NCBI GenBank assembly: GCA_003427395.1
Contig: BFEA01000023.1
Span: 4,590,981 to 4,654,980 of the forward strand
Length of the DNA stretch: 64,000 nucleotides
Source: Chara braunii
Taxonomy: Eukaryota; Plantae; Charophyceae
Reading direction: 5' to 3'
Positions 36,560-49,578 of this stretch are shown piece by piece. How positions within the stretch are numbered: the stretch's first letter is position 1; every line of letters begins with the position of its first letter. Both the position numbers and the translations under genes were made by a program. The notes beneath the pieces are model-generated. The model was not told where the DNA came from. It saw only the letters and a list, made by a program, of their open reading frames with translations, and did not search any database.

Positions 36560-36721
36560 CTCATCCTTGCTTACAGTGACACTGTCATGCACCAAGTTGC
36601 CAATGCCCTTCAGCACCGCATCCACTGCAGCAGCAGCCTCTTTCTCTTCCTCTTCCTTCTTCGCTATCTGATCCTTGATGGATGTACTGCGCGCCACCAG
36701 TTCGCTCTCATCTTCTTTTGC
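36560..36721 (-). CDS. SerRS: Seryl-tRNA synthetase exon (distal half of the N-terminal coiled-coil arm)
   Basis: aag|AKEDESELVARSTSIKDQIAKKEEEEKEAAAAVDAVLKGIGNLVHDSVTVSKDE|gtaagg; 162 nt. The 5' acceptor is atypical. Confidence 0.9.
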
Positions 36722-37803
36722 CTTTTTGAATTCAACCCCCCCCACCCCCACCCCCATCAAGGGAAGAAGAGGGCAAATTAAAAATTAGAGTTTTCTTGTT
36801 GCCGCTAAGAAGAGGGAAAATTAGACTTCTCTTGTCGGTTCGGGAATCGAACGACACGTCAACGCTATTTGGAACAACACACACAACTCCACCTTTCCCT
36901 CAAACGTAGGTTCGGGAATCGAACGACACATCGACGACTTTGTCGACCTTTTGCCTTTTTCATGTCAGACTTGACAAAATCTGAAATCAACTTCGGCATC
37001 TTAAGAAGGGGGGGGGGGGGGGGGGGGGGGGGGGNNNNNNNNNNNNNNNNNNNNNNNNNNNNNNNNNNNNNNNNNNNNNNNNNNNNNNNNNNNNNNNNNN
37101 NNNNNNNNNNNNNNNNNNNNNNNNNNNNNNNNNNNNNNNNNNNNNNNNNNNNNNNNNNNNNNNNNNNNNNNNNNNNNNNNNNNNNNNNNNNNNNNNNNNN
37201 NNNNNNNNNNNNNNNNNNNNNNNNNNNNNNNNNNNNNNNNNNNNNNNNNNNNNNNNNNNNNNNNNNNNNNNNNNNNNNNNNNNNNNNNNNNNNNNNNNNN
37301 NNNNNNNNNNNNNNNNNNNNNNNNNNNNNNNNNNNNNNNNNNNNNNNNNNNNNNNNNNNNNNNNNNNNNNNNNNNNNNNNNNNNNNNNNNNNNNNNNNNN
37401 NNNNNNNNNNNNNNNNNNNNNNNNNNNNNNNNNNNNNNNNNNNNNNNNNNNNNNNNNNNNNNNNNNNNNNNNNNNNNNNNNNNNNNNNNNNNNNNNNNNN
37501 NNNNNNNNNNNNNNNNNNNNNNNNNNNNNNNNNNGGGCGGAATTCCCCATATCAAATAATTGGCCAATACACCAAGCACAAACAGAAGAATGGACCCAAA
37601 AAAAATCACAATTAACCAGAAGAAAAGAAAAAAAAAAACGAAAAGAAAGCGCCATACCATAGATCACGATTAATTAGGTACTCTGCTTTTCTTTTAAAAA
37701 AAAGGGGGGGGGGGGGGAAATATCCCCACACCACGCTTATATTAAAAAAAAATTGTAAAAACACCCGCATCAACCAATTGACCACACCTCCCACAAATTG
37801 GAC

Positions 37804-38005
37804 TATGGAGCTCCAATGGACCAATTTATGAATGTATCGGGACGATTATAAGCTCCAAATACATCCAGTGTTGACGAAAACGCACCCGTATGCATCGTGA
37901 TGGCGTCCACACGCGTAGGGATAACCCGTATGCATTCCTGATCAGGTGAATACAATGATAAGGATTTGAAAGCGAAACACTCGGGATAGCTAGCTGGTCA
38001 TACAT

Positions 38006-38073
<68 letters not shown>

Positions 38074-38213
38074 CTTGAAACAACCACCACCCCAATGAAC
38101 TGGAGGCGTGCCCTTTCATCAATCGGAGGGGTGCGCTTTCGCCAACACTAGATGTATTTGGAGCTTATAATCGTCCCGATACATTCATAAATTGGTCCAT
38201 TGGATCTTCAATA
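37804..38213. mobile_element. MITE with ~80 bp terminal inverted repeats around a (CT)n core
   Basis: CCAATGGACCAATTTATGAATGTATCGGGACGATTATAAGCTCCAAATACATC has its reverse complement at ~38151-38203. A third partial TIR lies at ~38478-38540. Confidence 0.8.
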
Positions 38214-39047
38214 CGGTTGCCACAGGGGGGCGGTTCCATTTTTTTTTCTTTTCACCTGTTCTTGAGCTCAAATCGACTCTTTCTTTTCAATTCATTTATT
38301 TCTTTTAGCTCGATCGAATTGCCGTACAAACCTAAAAAGAAGAACAAATATTATAACATTATTAGTCAGATCCCTTTATAAATATCTACCTATATATTCA
38401 CATAGGGCCTGAAACCAGGACTCGACAGTCTACATACATGTGGACGCCTTTCTGGCCCAGGTGCACTCCAACATTTGGAATGTATCCGGACGATTATAAG
38501 CTCTAGATACATCTAGTCTTGTATAGCGAAGCGAACCCCATAGTTAGCCCACATTTGCCCACAGGCATACTTATTGCAGTGGTGATTACCGATTATTTAA
38601 ATCACATATGTTCGGGTCAGTGATTAGACAACCCTCGATCNNNNNNNNNNNNNNNNNNNNNNNNNNNNNNNNNNNNNNNNNNNNNNNNNNNNNNNNNNNN
38701 NNNNNNNNNNNNNNNNNNNNNNNNNNNNNNNNNNNNNNNNNNNNNNNNNNNNNNNNNNNNNNNNNNNNNNNNNNNNNNNNNNNNNNNNNNNNNNNNNNNN
38801 NNNNNNNNNNNNNNNNNNNNNNNNNNNNNNNNNNNNNNNNACACCCTAACCTGAGGGGGAAATAAACACGCACAAAAGGTGCATGGAATCGGAATGCCCG
38901 CGTTCCAGTAAGGACAGCGAGATTCAAAGCCACTGCAATGATTGCTACTGCCGATGCTGATGATGCAAATGATGATGGTGATGAGGAGGAGGAGAACGAC
39001 GACGATGCCGATGACGATGATCATTGGTTCGTTCCAAACTATGATGA

Positions 39048-39135
39048 GATCATCTGATTAGATCATCTGATTACATCATCTGATTACATCATCTGATTAG
39101 ATCACATGATTAGATCATCTGATTACATCACATGA
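39048..39135. repeat. 13-bp tandem repeat (CATCATCTGATTA)
   Basis: About 6-7 copies, directly visible. Confidence 0.9.
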
Positions 39136-40022
39136 CAAGAGGCGAGAAGGTGTTTCAAGGTGATTAGGGTTAACGATTATCGCGGGTTGCTGTAAATGGC
39201 GTTGGAGAAACAAAGACAGATTCAGATCCCCTGCCCGGATTTCCGGTACCCAGCTTTCATAGTTCATAGTTCGGTGCCGTAATCGCATCCTTATAAAGCC
39301 AATAGGCTATAAGGACATATCCTCACACAAGTACTTTTTTCGCCTGATCTCTGGACGTAATTGCAGTCAGACGCATCCCGAACCGGCTGTAATTGCGGTC
39401 AGATACATCTAGGAAAGTCCTGGTGTGAGCATATGCCCTAAGTCGCGAAAAAATGGAGGTCAGTGGGGAGCAAACACAGAACGTTAGTATTTCGTACTCA
39501 TATTATTATTAAGTAAAATTTATATAAATGGCTTCCTTCTCAAATACCTTTCACATACCCCTTTTTTTAATTAAATGCCCTTTAAAACTAAAATAAAATA
39601 AAAAATACCCTTCTTCTTTTTAAGGCCAAACGGCCTTGACGATGTCAAAACCATTGCTCTTTTTTCAACCCTTTTTTTTTTCCCCCACTGCTTCATGGAC
39701 TTTTCTTCTGCCCGATCACACTCTCCTCAACGGACTTCACCACCCCTCCACGTGTCCGTACATGCACAAAGCCAGCCTTGTAAAGCCAGAGCTCGGGAAA
39801 AAAAAAAAAAAAAACTCGGGAAAGACCTGTAGTGACAGCCCATGACGATGCGACAGTCGCGAGGAAGGCCCCGATCCCGATCCCAATCCCGACGCCGATC
39901 TAGACCAGGTAACATTTTTTTTTACACGTGTTTTTCTTTTTCGATTGATGGTCACAAAAAAAAAAAAAAGAGTGAATGGGTGATGATCACATCTAGACCG
40001 GGGAGCAAGTTCTCGCCATCTC

Positions 40023-40153
40023 TACAGTCCTCCCCCGAATACAGCGTGTACGGTCATTATAGCTGAGAGAGCTGAATTTGGGGTATTTTTCAGTCTAAAT
40101 ACACCCACAGCTATAATGACCATATTACGTTGTATGAAGGGGGGGCGAAGGTA
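40023..40153. mobile_element. Pogo/Tc1-like MITE, diverged copy
   Basis: CTACAGTCCTCCCCCGAATACA..GGTCATTATAGC...GCTATAATGACC..GAAGGTAG. Confidence 0.65.
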
Positions 40154-41847
40154 GGAATTTCTCGCGTCCTGCGTAGCAGAGAGCACGCAAGTGTATAATA
40201 AAATCGAACTATTCAAAAAAAAAAAAAACAGTTTTTCGTATTCAGAAGCAAGTGGTGTATGGCCACCATTCCTTTTCTTCCTCTTCCAGTCCAGACCAGT
40301 CCAGACCAGACCAGACCAGACCAGACGCAAGCTTTTGGTACTCCAGAAAAACAAATTTTGATTGAACCTGTCTTTGCACAATGGATACAGGCTACACATG
40401 GAAAAACACTTCGAGACCAGACCAGACCAGACCAGCCAGACCAGACCAGACCAGACCAGCTTGATCTGGGCGACTTCCAGAGAGAAGTAGAGCTTCACGA
40501 CCATAGCGGTCGAATCCCTCGTGACTGACAAGTCGGCCGATCGAGATCCCAACCCAGACCTGGCCAGATTGAGATCTTGGGCCTGATCTTGGGCCCCTCC
40601 TCCTTCAACATCTAGGGGTCCCACAAGCACGAAATCATGTCAAGTTGGCTTTTTTCGCGGCTTCTTCGCCCAAATTTTTCGTTTCAAGAAAAAAAAAAAA
40701 AAAAATACTGACTGAAAAATGGAAAACAAAATGGAGCGGACTGTCACAATCTCTCTCCTGCGTAGGGACTCTTTCCCAACACCGACCCCGACACCGACCC
40801 TGACACTGACACAAAGTGCAAAAAAAAAAAAAAAAAGCACATCGTCCAAATTCATCCATCCCCCCGCGAGCCCGCTCGGCGCGCAGTGCTGCGTTTCAAA
40901 ATCGCAAGTTAAGTGTGAAAGACCAAAACTTGCAGTATAACCAATAAACAAACAAAAAACAGTTCTCATCATGAATTTGGTCATTGCCATAGAGTCAATA
41001 CATGCTAAATGACCTTTGGAGACGGAAAAAAAAAAAAGCACAGTCACTGAGAACATTACTGTATTAAAAATAATAATAATAATAAATAAATAAAAATAAT
41101 AATAAAAATTTGCCATCATCACCGTCTCCAACATCGTTCCCCCCTGAAACTGACCTAGCCACCCACCCCACTCTCTCTCGAGAAAAGAAAGCACAGTCAC
41201 TGAAAACATTACTGTATTTAAAAAAAAAAAAAAAAAAAAATNNNNNNNNNNNNNNNNNNNNNNNNNNNNNNNNNNNNNNNNNNNNNNNNNNNNNNNNNNN
41301 NNNNNNNNNNNNNNNNNNNNNNNNNNNNNNNNNNNNNNNNNNNNNNNNNNNNNNNNNNNNNNNNNNNNNNNNNNNNNNNNNNNNNNNNNNNNNNNNNNNN
41401 NNNNNNNNNNNNNNNNNNNNNNNNNNNNNNNNNNNNNNNNNNNNNNNNNNNNNNNNNNNNNNNNNNNNNNNNNNNNNNNNNNNNNNNNNNNNNNNNNNNN
41501 NNNNNNNNNNNNNNNNNNNNNNNNNNNNNNNNNNNNNNNNNNNNNNNNNNNNNNNNNNNNNNNNNNNNNNNNNNNNNNNNNNNNNNNNNNNNNNNNNNNN
41601 NNNNNNNNNNNNNNNNNNNNNNNNNNNNNNNNNNNNNNNNNNNNNNNNNNNNNNNNNNNNNNNNNNNNNNNNNNNNNNNNNNNNNNNNNNNNNNNNNNNN
41701 NNNNNNNNNNNNNNNNNNNNNNNNNNNNNNNNNNNNNNNNNNNNNNNNNNNNNNNNNNNNNNNNNNNNNNNNNNNNNNNNNNNNNNNNNNNNNNNNNNNN
41801 NNNNNNNNNNNNNNNNNNNNNNNNNNNNNNNNNNNNNNNNNNNNNNN

Positions 41848-41883
<36 letters not shown>

Positions 41884-42470
41884 AGATTGTGGTTGGCAGG
41901 AGATCCAAGTGGTCCATATCGAATTAATCGACCTGCCAATCAGTCAACCAATTCCAATCAACCAATCATAATCAATCAATTCAAATCATAATCAATAAGT
42001 TCAAATACACATCACTGCCACCTCGTCAGTCAATCGTTGATCAGTTACCGTCTTCCCCCGAATACAACGCACACCCTCATCACGAGTGAATACTAGGTAT
42101 CTTTCCGGTCCGATACGCTCATGCACGATCAGGGTGCGTTGTGGGGGGGAGGAGGGGGGGGGGGAGAGGACGAGGGTAGGTAGTAGACACGTGCCCCTAA
42201 GGACTCCGCCAAGAGGCTCGACAATAAAAGTAGTTCTAACTTTTTTTTTCTTTTCTTTTCTTTTTTTTTTCTTTTTTTTTTTAAGCATCTGTACTTTTCG
42301 TTTAGTAATACAAGTACATAGCAACAATAATTTAGTAATACTAATAAATAACAGAAAGAAAAATAAGAATAACATGATAATTATTTTTAAAAAAGCAAAC
42401 ACAGAGACACAGAGAGAGAGAGAGAGAGAGTCAAAGGCGCGGAAAAAGACGCGTGGTCAACCCTACTTAC

Positions 42471-42603
42471 GTTCCCTCCATAGCTTGTCCAATTCAATCA
42501 CTCGGTCCACTTCCTCTACGGGCTTGAACCGTCGTCGCTGCGACTCCCTGATTCTCTCAGGATCTCCACCCTTCTCCACGCGAAAGAGATTGATATCCAA
42601 CAT
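42471..42603 (-). CDS. SerRS: Seryl-tRNA synthetase first coding exon
   Basis: [44 protein letters not shown]|gtaagt, the typical cytosolic eukaryotic SerRS N-terminus with no transit peptide. Confidence 0.97.
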
Positions 42604-43053
42604 GATTGTTAATTAAGCAATTCGGGGGGGGCAAATTAATTGGTCTTCGATCGGCGAGCGGGGGACGGGGAGAAAGGAGGGAGAGGGTATGATGGCTGCC
42701 CGCCTCCTTGGAGATAGATCATCAGCTACCCACCTCTTCCTCCTACTAGGCTGGGGGATGTAAAAATGGCGGCGGCCACAGAGTAGGAACCTTTCCCCTG
42801 GCGCGCTGCAACGGACTTGGCGCGCTGCAACGACGCGGCCACAGAGTAAAAACCTTTCCCCTCGGAAATGGAATCGATGGCGGCCTCTCTTGCTGCCCCC
42901 GTCTGGCCCAGTCAAAGCAAAATAGAAACACCGAAAAATGTCACCGAGGACAAAAGGCGGGCAGACTCGCTCAGCAGCTGGAAGGGGAGGGGGAGCGGGA
43001 GGGGGAGCGGGAGCGGGAGCGGGGTCAAGACCGCAGATGGCGAGAACCGGCAG

Positions 43054-43166
43054 CTACCAGCTTCCCCCGAACATAACGCACCCTAAAAACTGAATGTATA
43101 CATGCCATATTTCCGGCCAGAAACAGCCAAAATAAGGGTGCGTTGTGTTCGGGGGAAGACGGGTAG
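43054..43166. mobile_element. Pogo/Tc1-like MITE subfamily copy upstream of SerRS (related copy at 42046-42180)
   Basis: TACCAGCTTCCCCCGAACATAACGCACCCT...AGGGTGCGTTGTGTTCGGGGGAAGACGGGTA. Confidence 0.75.
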
Positions 43167-43254
43167 GCGACGAACGCACCGCAGCCCCGTGCCCGGGGTT
43201 ACGTATAGGACCCGCAACCGCCCGCCGGCTGTTTTCCTTTTTGAATTCTATTCA

Positions 43255-43580
43255 TCTCAAATCTTTGAAGGTAGATCCTCGAAGGCGACATTTGTCGGAT
43301 GCCCGTGAGCGATGTTGTGTTCCGCCGGATGCCCCTGAATGATGCACAAATTTGTTGGATGCCCCTCAAAGATCGGGTAATCGCCCAGTGTCATTCTCAC
43401 CTGTGAGCTTTGCGATATGGCCCTATCGGCGTTCCTTGAAGGTAGATAAGGTAGATCCTCGAAGGGAAAATTTGTCGGATGCTCCTGAAAGATGTTTGCT
43501 TCTGTCGGATGCCCCTAAACGACACTGGGTTTCGTCGGATGCCCCTCAAATATCAGGTACTCGCCGAATGCCCTTTGCAC
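43255..43580. repeat. GGATGCCCCT motif array (Mutator-like terminal or subterminal remnant), two ~180 bp units
   Basis: GGTAGATCCTCGAAGG...TTTGTCGGATGC is repeated at 43270 and 43450; six or more GGATGCCC motifs. Confidence 0.55.
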
Positions 43581-44859
43581 CTACGGCCCGCCTGGTAGGG
43601 GAGTAGGGAAAAGGTGCCAGGTCCCCTCCACACGATGGATATTCCGAATGCTTGACCTCAATCTAGAGGGCATTCGATGAGTACCCAGCCTTTAGGAACG
43701 TCATACCTAACCAAGTACAGGCTCTTGTGGTGGCATCCGACAAAATTTGCATCCTCATAAAATGCAGATGGACAAACGAATACAAATAATTGCTCTGTGA
43801 ATTTGTAACCCATTGTATGTTGATACAAATGTGTGCATCTGCCGAACTCAATTTGAGTAAATATGTGGATATGGGGACAAGGTCCTCCATAGCTATGCAT
43901 CTGTTATTTCTACGAGTATTACATAGTAACTAGGCATTCGCTATGATGTATGATTACTGCTTTTTTGCCTTTTGTTGTCTTTTACGATTAAAGTTTTTTG
44001 AGGGTAGGTAGGATACCACGAAGTATCGAACCTCCGCCAATCAAGATGAGTAGTTTTCCCTGATTCTTCGTTTGAATGTGAACCCAGTGTGAGTCTAGTT
44101 ATCCCTGCACCAAGCAATACAAGGTATAGAACCTCGGTCTTTTGAACTCTGAGCCTTTTGTACATATCGTATTGGAGTGACCATAGGCGAAGCTACTGCA
44201 ACATTTTGTTGCACGAAATCCTTCATTGGCGGAACAACTATTTGGTTATGATGCGTCGTGCGTAAAAGAACACACAAAGTATTGCGCCCTCGTCGACATA
44301 CTCTCTAGGCATTGGTCACGATTCTCTCTAGCCAGCCAAAAAAAACCAGTGTTCTGGTGACCAACCTTCAATGTGTTGTTGAAGAGTTGTCCATAGCGAC
44401 ACGTTGAACGACTGACAATATGACGTGTAAACTTTGTGTCAGTCTTGCCTTAAGTGTACGCATCTTCAAAGCGAGGCCTTCTAAATCCTGGTCTGGGATT
44501 TGAAAACAAAACTATCATCTTTTTCCATAATAAACCGTTACGTTTGAATATTTCAATTCACAAGTACCGAAAATTTAGAACTCAATGATTTCATCTCAGA
44601 GATCCAGCGTTCTTGAAATTTAGTATCTTTGTAAAGCAACATCGTTTTTTTTTAGCATACTTTGAACATCAATATATGGTAAGATAATTCGAAGAAACTT
44701 AAACAATATAAAAATTCCCTCAAGGCAAGAGTTGTCTCTATATCATAGAATGAAATCTTTGTTATGCGGGTGCATCGAACTCGGACCGACTTTTCAGGCT
44801 TGTTTTTCAATTGTTATGGGATACTTCTACAAAATCGATCTTTAGAATTGAATAGAAGT

Positions 44860-45837
44860 GAAGTAGTCACTTTTCGTTGTTGTTTTTTTCCAACACTTTG
44901 ACATTCAGTACTGCTGGGGACATTGACGAAATGTTTGGTCCAAACCTTGGTACGACGTATCGCACAAAATGGAGCGGGACCCTCAATTCATTTACTTCTT
45001 CACATATATCTACTAGCTTTTATTGGTATCTTCCCACTTTCTCCCACAAATCCTCCATCTTTCCCAGAAGGACTGACACTGGCCCCACTTTCTCATTCGC
45101 GTTTTCTCCGTCAGACTCAACGACTATAGACTCTTCTTTTATAACCCCCGCCTGTAGCCTTTGAGTCACCTCTTCGTTGCACTCCACCTCTTCCACCTTT
45201 ATTGGTGGGTCATCTCTTTCCTGCCACAACCTGAACGTGGCGGGTGGCGCTTGTCGCGCAACTATTTTCCTATGAGCTTCCGCCCGCACTACGCCTGGAA
45301 TTTTCCGGTCAATATATTCCCTATACTGATCGTATAGATCACCGTCCATATTATAATAGATCAGTCCGGATCTTTCATCTTCCTGCCTTATATTGCAGAA
45401 CAGTATTGTGTGACCTTGCTTGTCGCAATGCTGGCAAATAGTGGTCCTCCAATCAAAACGAGGTCTTCCATATCCTTAACCCCCTTGATTCTCTTGTTCA
45501 TCGCTTCCAAATCCGTTGTGGTCAACAGACCATCACCCAGCCTATGCTTCATCTGCATTCCATCTTTGAACCTCGCCCAACTGCCGTTAGCTGCATTGAT
45601 CACCTTATCTACCTCCTGGTGGTGCCCATGGAGTATGTACGTCATAATACATTGGAACTTCATCGCATCTGATAACCCCACCAGAGTCTGGTCAACCAGT
45701 TCCAACCATTCTGAAACTCGCTCGTCATTGAAATGAAAGGTGTTAACTTTGGGAACATTGCCCTACAACCTCTCTCGCCTGTCCAGGGCCTCGACCAAAT
45801 CATCAATTGTCAGGACCTTCCCTGCACCATCAGCTAT
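44860..45837 (-). mobile_element. Decayed Gag-like ORF of a probable LTR (Ty3/gypsy-type) retroelement
   Basis: (I)ADGAGKVLTIDDLVEALDRRERL*GNVPKVNTFHFNDERVSEWLELVDQTLVGLSD...NGSWARFKDGMQMKHRLGDG. The F..ERV..WL and W..FK pattern is typical of retrotransposon Gag. Stops and deletions are present and no pol is seen. Confidence 0.65.
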
Positions 45838-48029
45838 GACTCCCGATATTTTGGCCGAATTTCTTACTTAAATTTCCTTGTTAAGAAGAGGTAAAAACTT
45901 TCATTCAGCATCTTGACTTCAACATGACACCTATCAAGTCTCCTACATGACTACTTCGCAGTCGAGATCTAACATGTGCTACCCAATCTCTTTATTTTTT
46001 AACCCACCTTAGTAGGGCACATTCCCACTATAGGATTTCCCTCATGGTCTCTTAAATCATGCAACCAATCATATAAAAGGTAACTTATTATATTAATAAC
46101 ATCCGTCCATCATACATAGTCAATCAAGGCATCACATACTCCGCCTTTCCTTATATGCCTATTTTTTTCCTCAATCCCATACCAGGATATCGTTCCACCA
46201 GGGATAACGGTAGACTTCCGTTATCCCCGGCAATGGCGTCCTCTTTCGAGCGCATCGGTCCAGCACCACACAAAACGGGTCGGGACCCTCCCTGCCGCGT
46301 CATGCAGGAGTTAGTCTATTTCTCATAGCGATACTCATGGAGCTTCTGCAAGCTGTTCTGGCCGAGTGCGCCAGCCATACCTTTCGCGGCCCCCTACGAC
46401 AGGATATGGCCTACGCGTGGTACGACTTACCACCACCTTACCGGAGTTGTCACCTCCCTTCAGTGGGCGTATCCCCACTTAGCTACCAGTCCACAGTACG
46501 AAAGCTTATTAGCTGCAATCGCAGAGGTGGACCAACTGAGGGCGTTTCTTGTACGCTGTAGCATAGAGGGTACACGCGGTTTTACACCTCTATCGGACCC
46601 GCACGCGAACCGACGCCTTGGGGGGCTGAGGTCCCAAGCGTGACCCGTCCTCGATTGACTAAGACGCATCCCACACACCATGTGTACACCATTCTAAGGG
46701 CATAAAAATTAAAACACACACGCACACACACATATACAAAACGACACAGAACGAACGACGCGACACACTCCTAGTCCCTTCAGTAGTCATCCCATCACTC
46801 TTTGATGCGAAAATCGGATAGGCGTCGCGCGCGAGACTTAATATAAAACCACGTGGACGCGGGGTCTTTTCATATCTACTAGCAAAATATGAATATACAA
46901 GCAGTCGCAATGATGGTGTACGATGTAGTGTCCATAATCAAGCGGTCCCTCATGGGTTCGAGTACCGCTTATAACACTCAAGTGTCAAACTCGAAGTATC
47001 ATGAAGGTCTACCTTTTCACGATATTGCACGGTTGAAGGAACAGTCGTGCGGCCTCCGCGGCACCTCCGGCTTTAGGCTAAGTGTCACAGTAGGTAAGGC
47101 ATGTAGGCTCTGCGCGAGGGGTGATCCCTTCCATGTAGAGTCTAGGACCTGGGGTGTCCTGGACAAGGACCTCAAATCCAGGCCCAGTACTAATATCCGA
47201 GTAATAAATCTTTAAAAAACATACAACAATAAGGGGGATTTTCTTCCTCTCTCAATTTCGACCTCAATTAAAATCTTAAGCGTGGGCCCCTTAGGTCACA
47301 CGAACACCCAAACATAGGTACGTGCGTATATATATAGTGGGGAATAAGTATGTGACGATCACTTCTCACCATCACAGTGAGACTCTTTTTAGCTATATAT
47401 ATGTATGTGATCGCTGACAGTCAAATCTAAAGTCCGAACCACAAAACATACGTGCAATTACATCAAAGAGTCAACAAAAACACATACACTATACGGGATC
47501 AACTTCAACCGTTTTATATACTCATACCACTTGCTTTAGCCATGCAAGCCTCAACCTTTGTCCAACCTTCCATAATTAAATACTTAGTACCTTTGTTAAA
47601 TGATCATTCAATAAAAGTCTCGGTGAAAACCTTAATAAAACAATAGAAATCACCGGGGCTAAAGCCTTTTAGGTTGAGTATTGAGGATGAATTGGCGTTG
47701 AGTCGTAGACCGACAAATCGACAACTGACCTTTTATCAGCGATAACAGAAGATGATCCTCATGGGATCAAGTTGAATCTATTCCAAATCTTGAATTAAAT
47801 TATCAAGAGGACATGTAACACAAGATAGGTTAATTTCCAAGCTAAATCTATAAGTCCATAGAGAAAATCTTCATATCACAATCTCACTCAAGGTTTACCT
47901 GCAAATTAAGTCTAGGTCTACCTCTAAGCTAGTATATAACGCAATGTACACCTATGGTAGCATCTCCCCTATTCAGGATGGATTGCCAGAACTGCCACCT
48001 GTCAAAATACAGGCCAACTCCTTTGAAGG

Positions 48030-48600
48030 AAAAAAATTTCGGCAACGCTTCCCGTAGTAAAAGTGTCTTCTCAGAATTTATACTAACTCAATTATGAAAA
48101 CAAAAACAAAATCTAATTATGAAAAGTCAAATTTTGTCTACCTCCCTTAATTAGTAAAAATTTTGACAGTACTTTTTTAAGAAGTGAAAAATTCTCAGAT
48201 CTATACTACTTAGATGATAACTCAAAGCAAAAATCGCGTTCAACTGAGACAAAATTTAACTAACTTCTTAGATCTATAAAAATTTGGGCAACACTCCCTT
48301 TAGAAAAGGATACTTCCCAAATTCATACAAAGTTGAGTTCAAAACCTGAAATAACTTTGACTCCCGAAGGTCCAATTTTGTCTAACTCCTTGAATTAATA
48401 AAAATTTGGGTAACATTCCCTTTATAAAATGAGACTTTCCATAATTTTACTAAGCCATATATAAAAGTTAGACAAACTGAACTTTGAAAAAACAAAATCT
48501 AACTAACTCCTTGGGTTTATAGAAATTTCGGCAGCGCTTCCCGTAGAGAAAGTAACTTATCAAGATTTATACAAGACTAAGTATAACAAATGATCCCAGA
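48030..48600. repeat. Diverged ~122 bp tandem repeat, 5 units
   Basis: AAATTTCGGCAACGCTTCCCGTAG-like starts at ~48034, 48157, 48278, 48400 and 48522. Confidence 0.75.
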
Positions 48601-49140
48601 AAATGCAGAAATCGACCTAAGTAAAACAAACCTAACTTAGAAAATGCAGAATTTAACTTAAGTAAAATAAACTTAACTCAGAAAATGCAGAAATTCAACT
48701 AACTTTTATCGCTCTAGCACTTGGCGAGCATCTAAAGCACCTACCTATCAAACTGAAACTAAGACTAAGTAGCAATCTCACTCATCCACATGCAAAACCA
48801 GATCACAAAGGTAAGTATTCTCATCAGCCAAAAATCAAACTTGTCAAGCAATAGTTCATAGTCTTTCAATGATTTATCTTATGTCTGGCTCAGCCATTGA
48901 ATATACACGAACACATGACACAACAACTTTTATCTTCTTTGGGCATATGACTAAGCCGCCCTAGTAACCCTTAACTATTTAAATATCTAAGTTTTATATA
49001 ATTATCTGCACTTAGTCTTCTAAGGTAGCATATGACTGAACCAATCATCTTTAGCTCAAGGTTCAGCCTGTCCCTTCTTACCACAAGTTTATTTTTAGTT
49101 AATACTCTCTTCAGTTTGTGATAAGCTATAGTCAAACCAC

Positions 49141-49578
49141 CCAGACTTATGGAACCCTGTCTGACTAGCCTGTTCATAAGTAAGATAGTAATAAAATATA
49201 GCCAAGTTATAACTTTTTGGTACCAGCATGTGCGTGGCATTGAACCAAGACGACCCAAACTTATGGAACATGTCTGATCCTCTGTCTGACTCGTTCCCTT
49301 CAATAAAACAGGAAGGGGTTGAGCCACCAAAACTTATGGAACATGCTCAGACCCCCTTATCCGGAATCAAAAAAAACTAAAAAAAAACAAAATAAACAAG
49401 GCAACCAAGCCACCCAAACTTATGAGACAGTGTCTGGTTCCTAAAACGTCAATCACAAACAGCCCTCGCAAGTCAGAGCAACCAGACTATCCTTACTTAT
49501 GGAACATGTCTGGTCCTCCAGGCAATTCAAAGATAAACATAGCATTGGGTCTCCCCAAACTTATGGAGACTTGCCCAG
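49141..49578. repeat. Six interspaced CCAAACTTATGGAACATGTCTG motifs
   Basis: Copies at ~49141, 49255, 49327, 49413, 49491 and 49554, separated by non-identical spacers. Confidence 0.75.

Noticed and set aside
38256-38331. SerRS exon 2 candidate on the minus strand
   Set aside because: It ends in the wrong phase and its translation does not match the expected segment.
49141-49578. CRISPR array
   Set aside because: Eukaryotic context, degenerate repeats, irregular spacer lengths and no cas genes.
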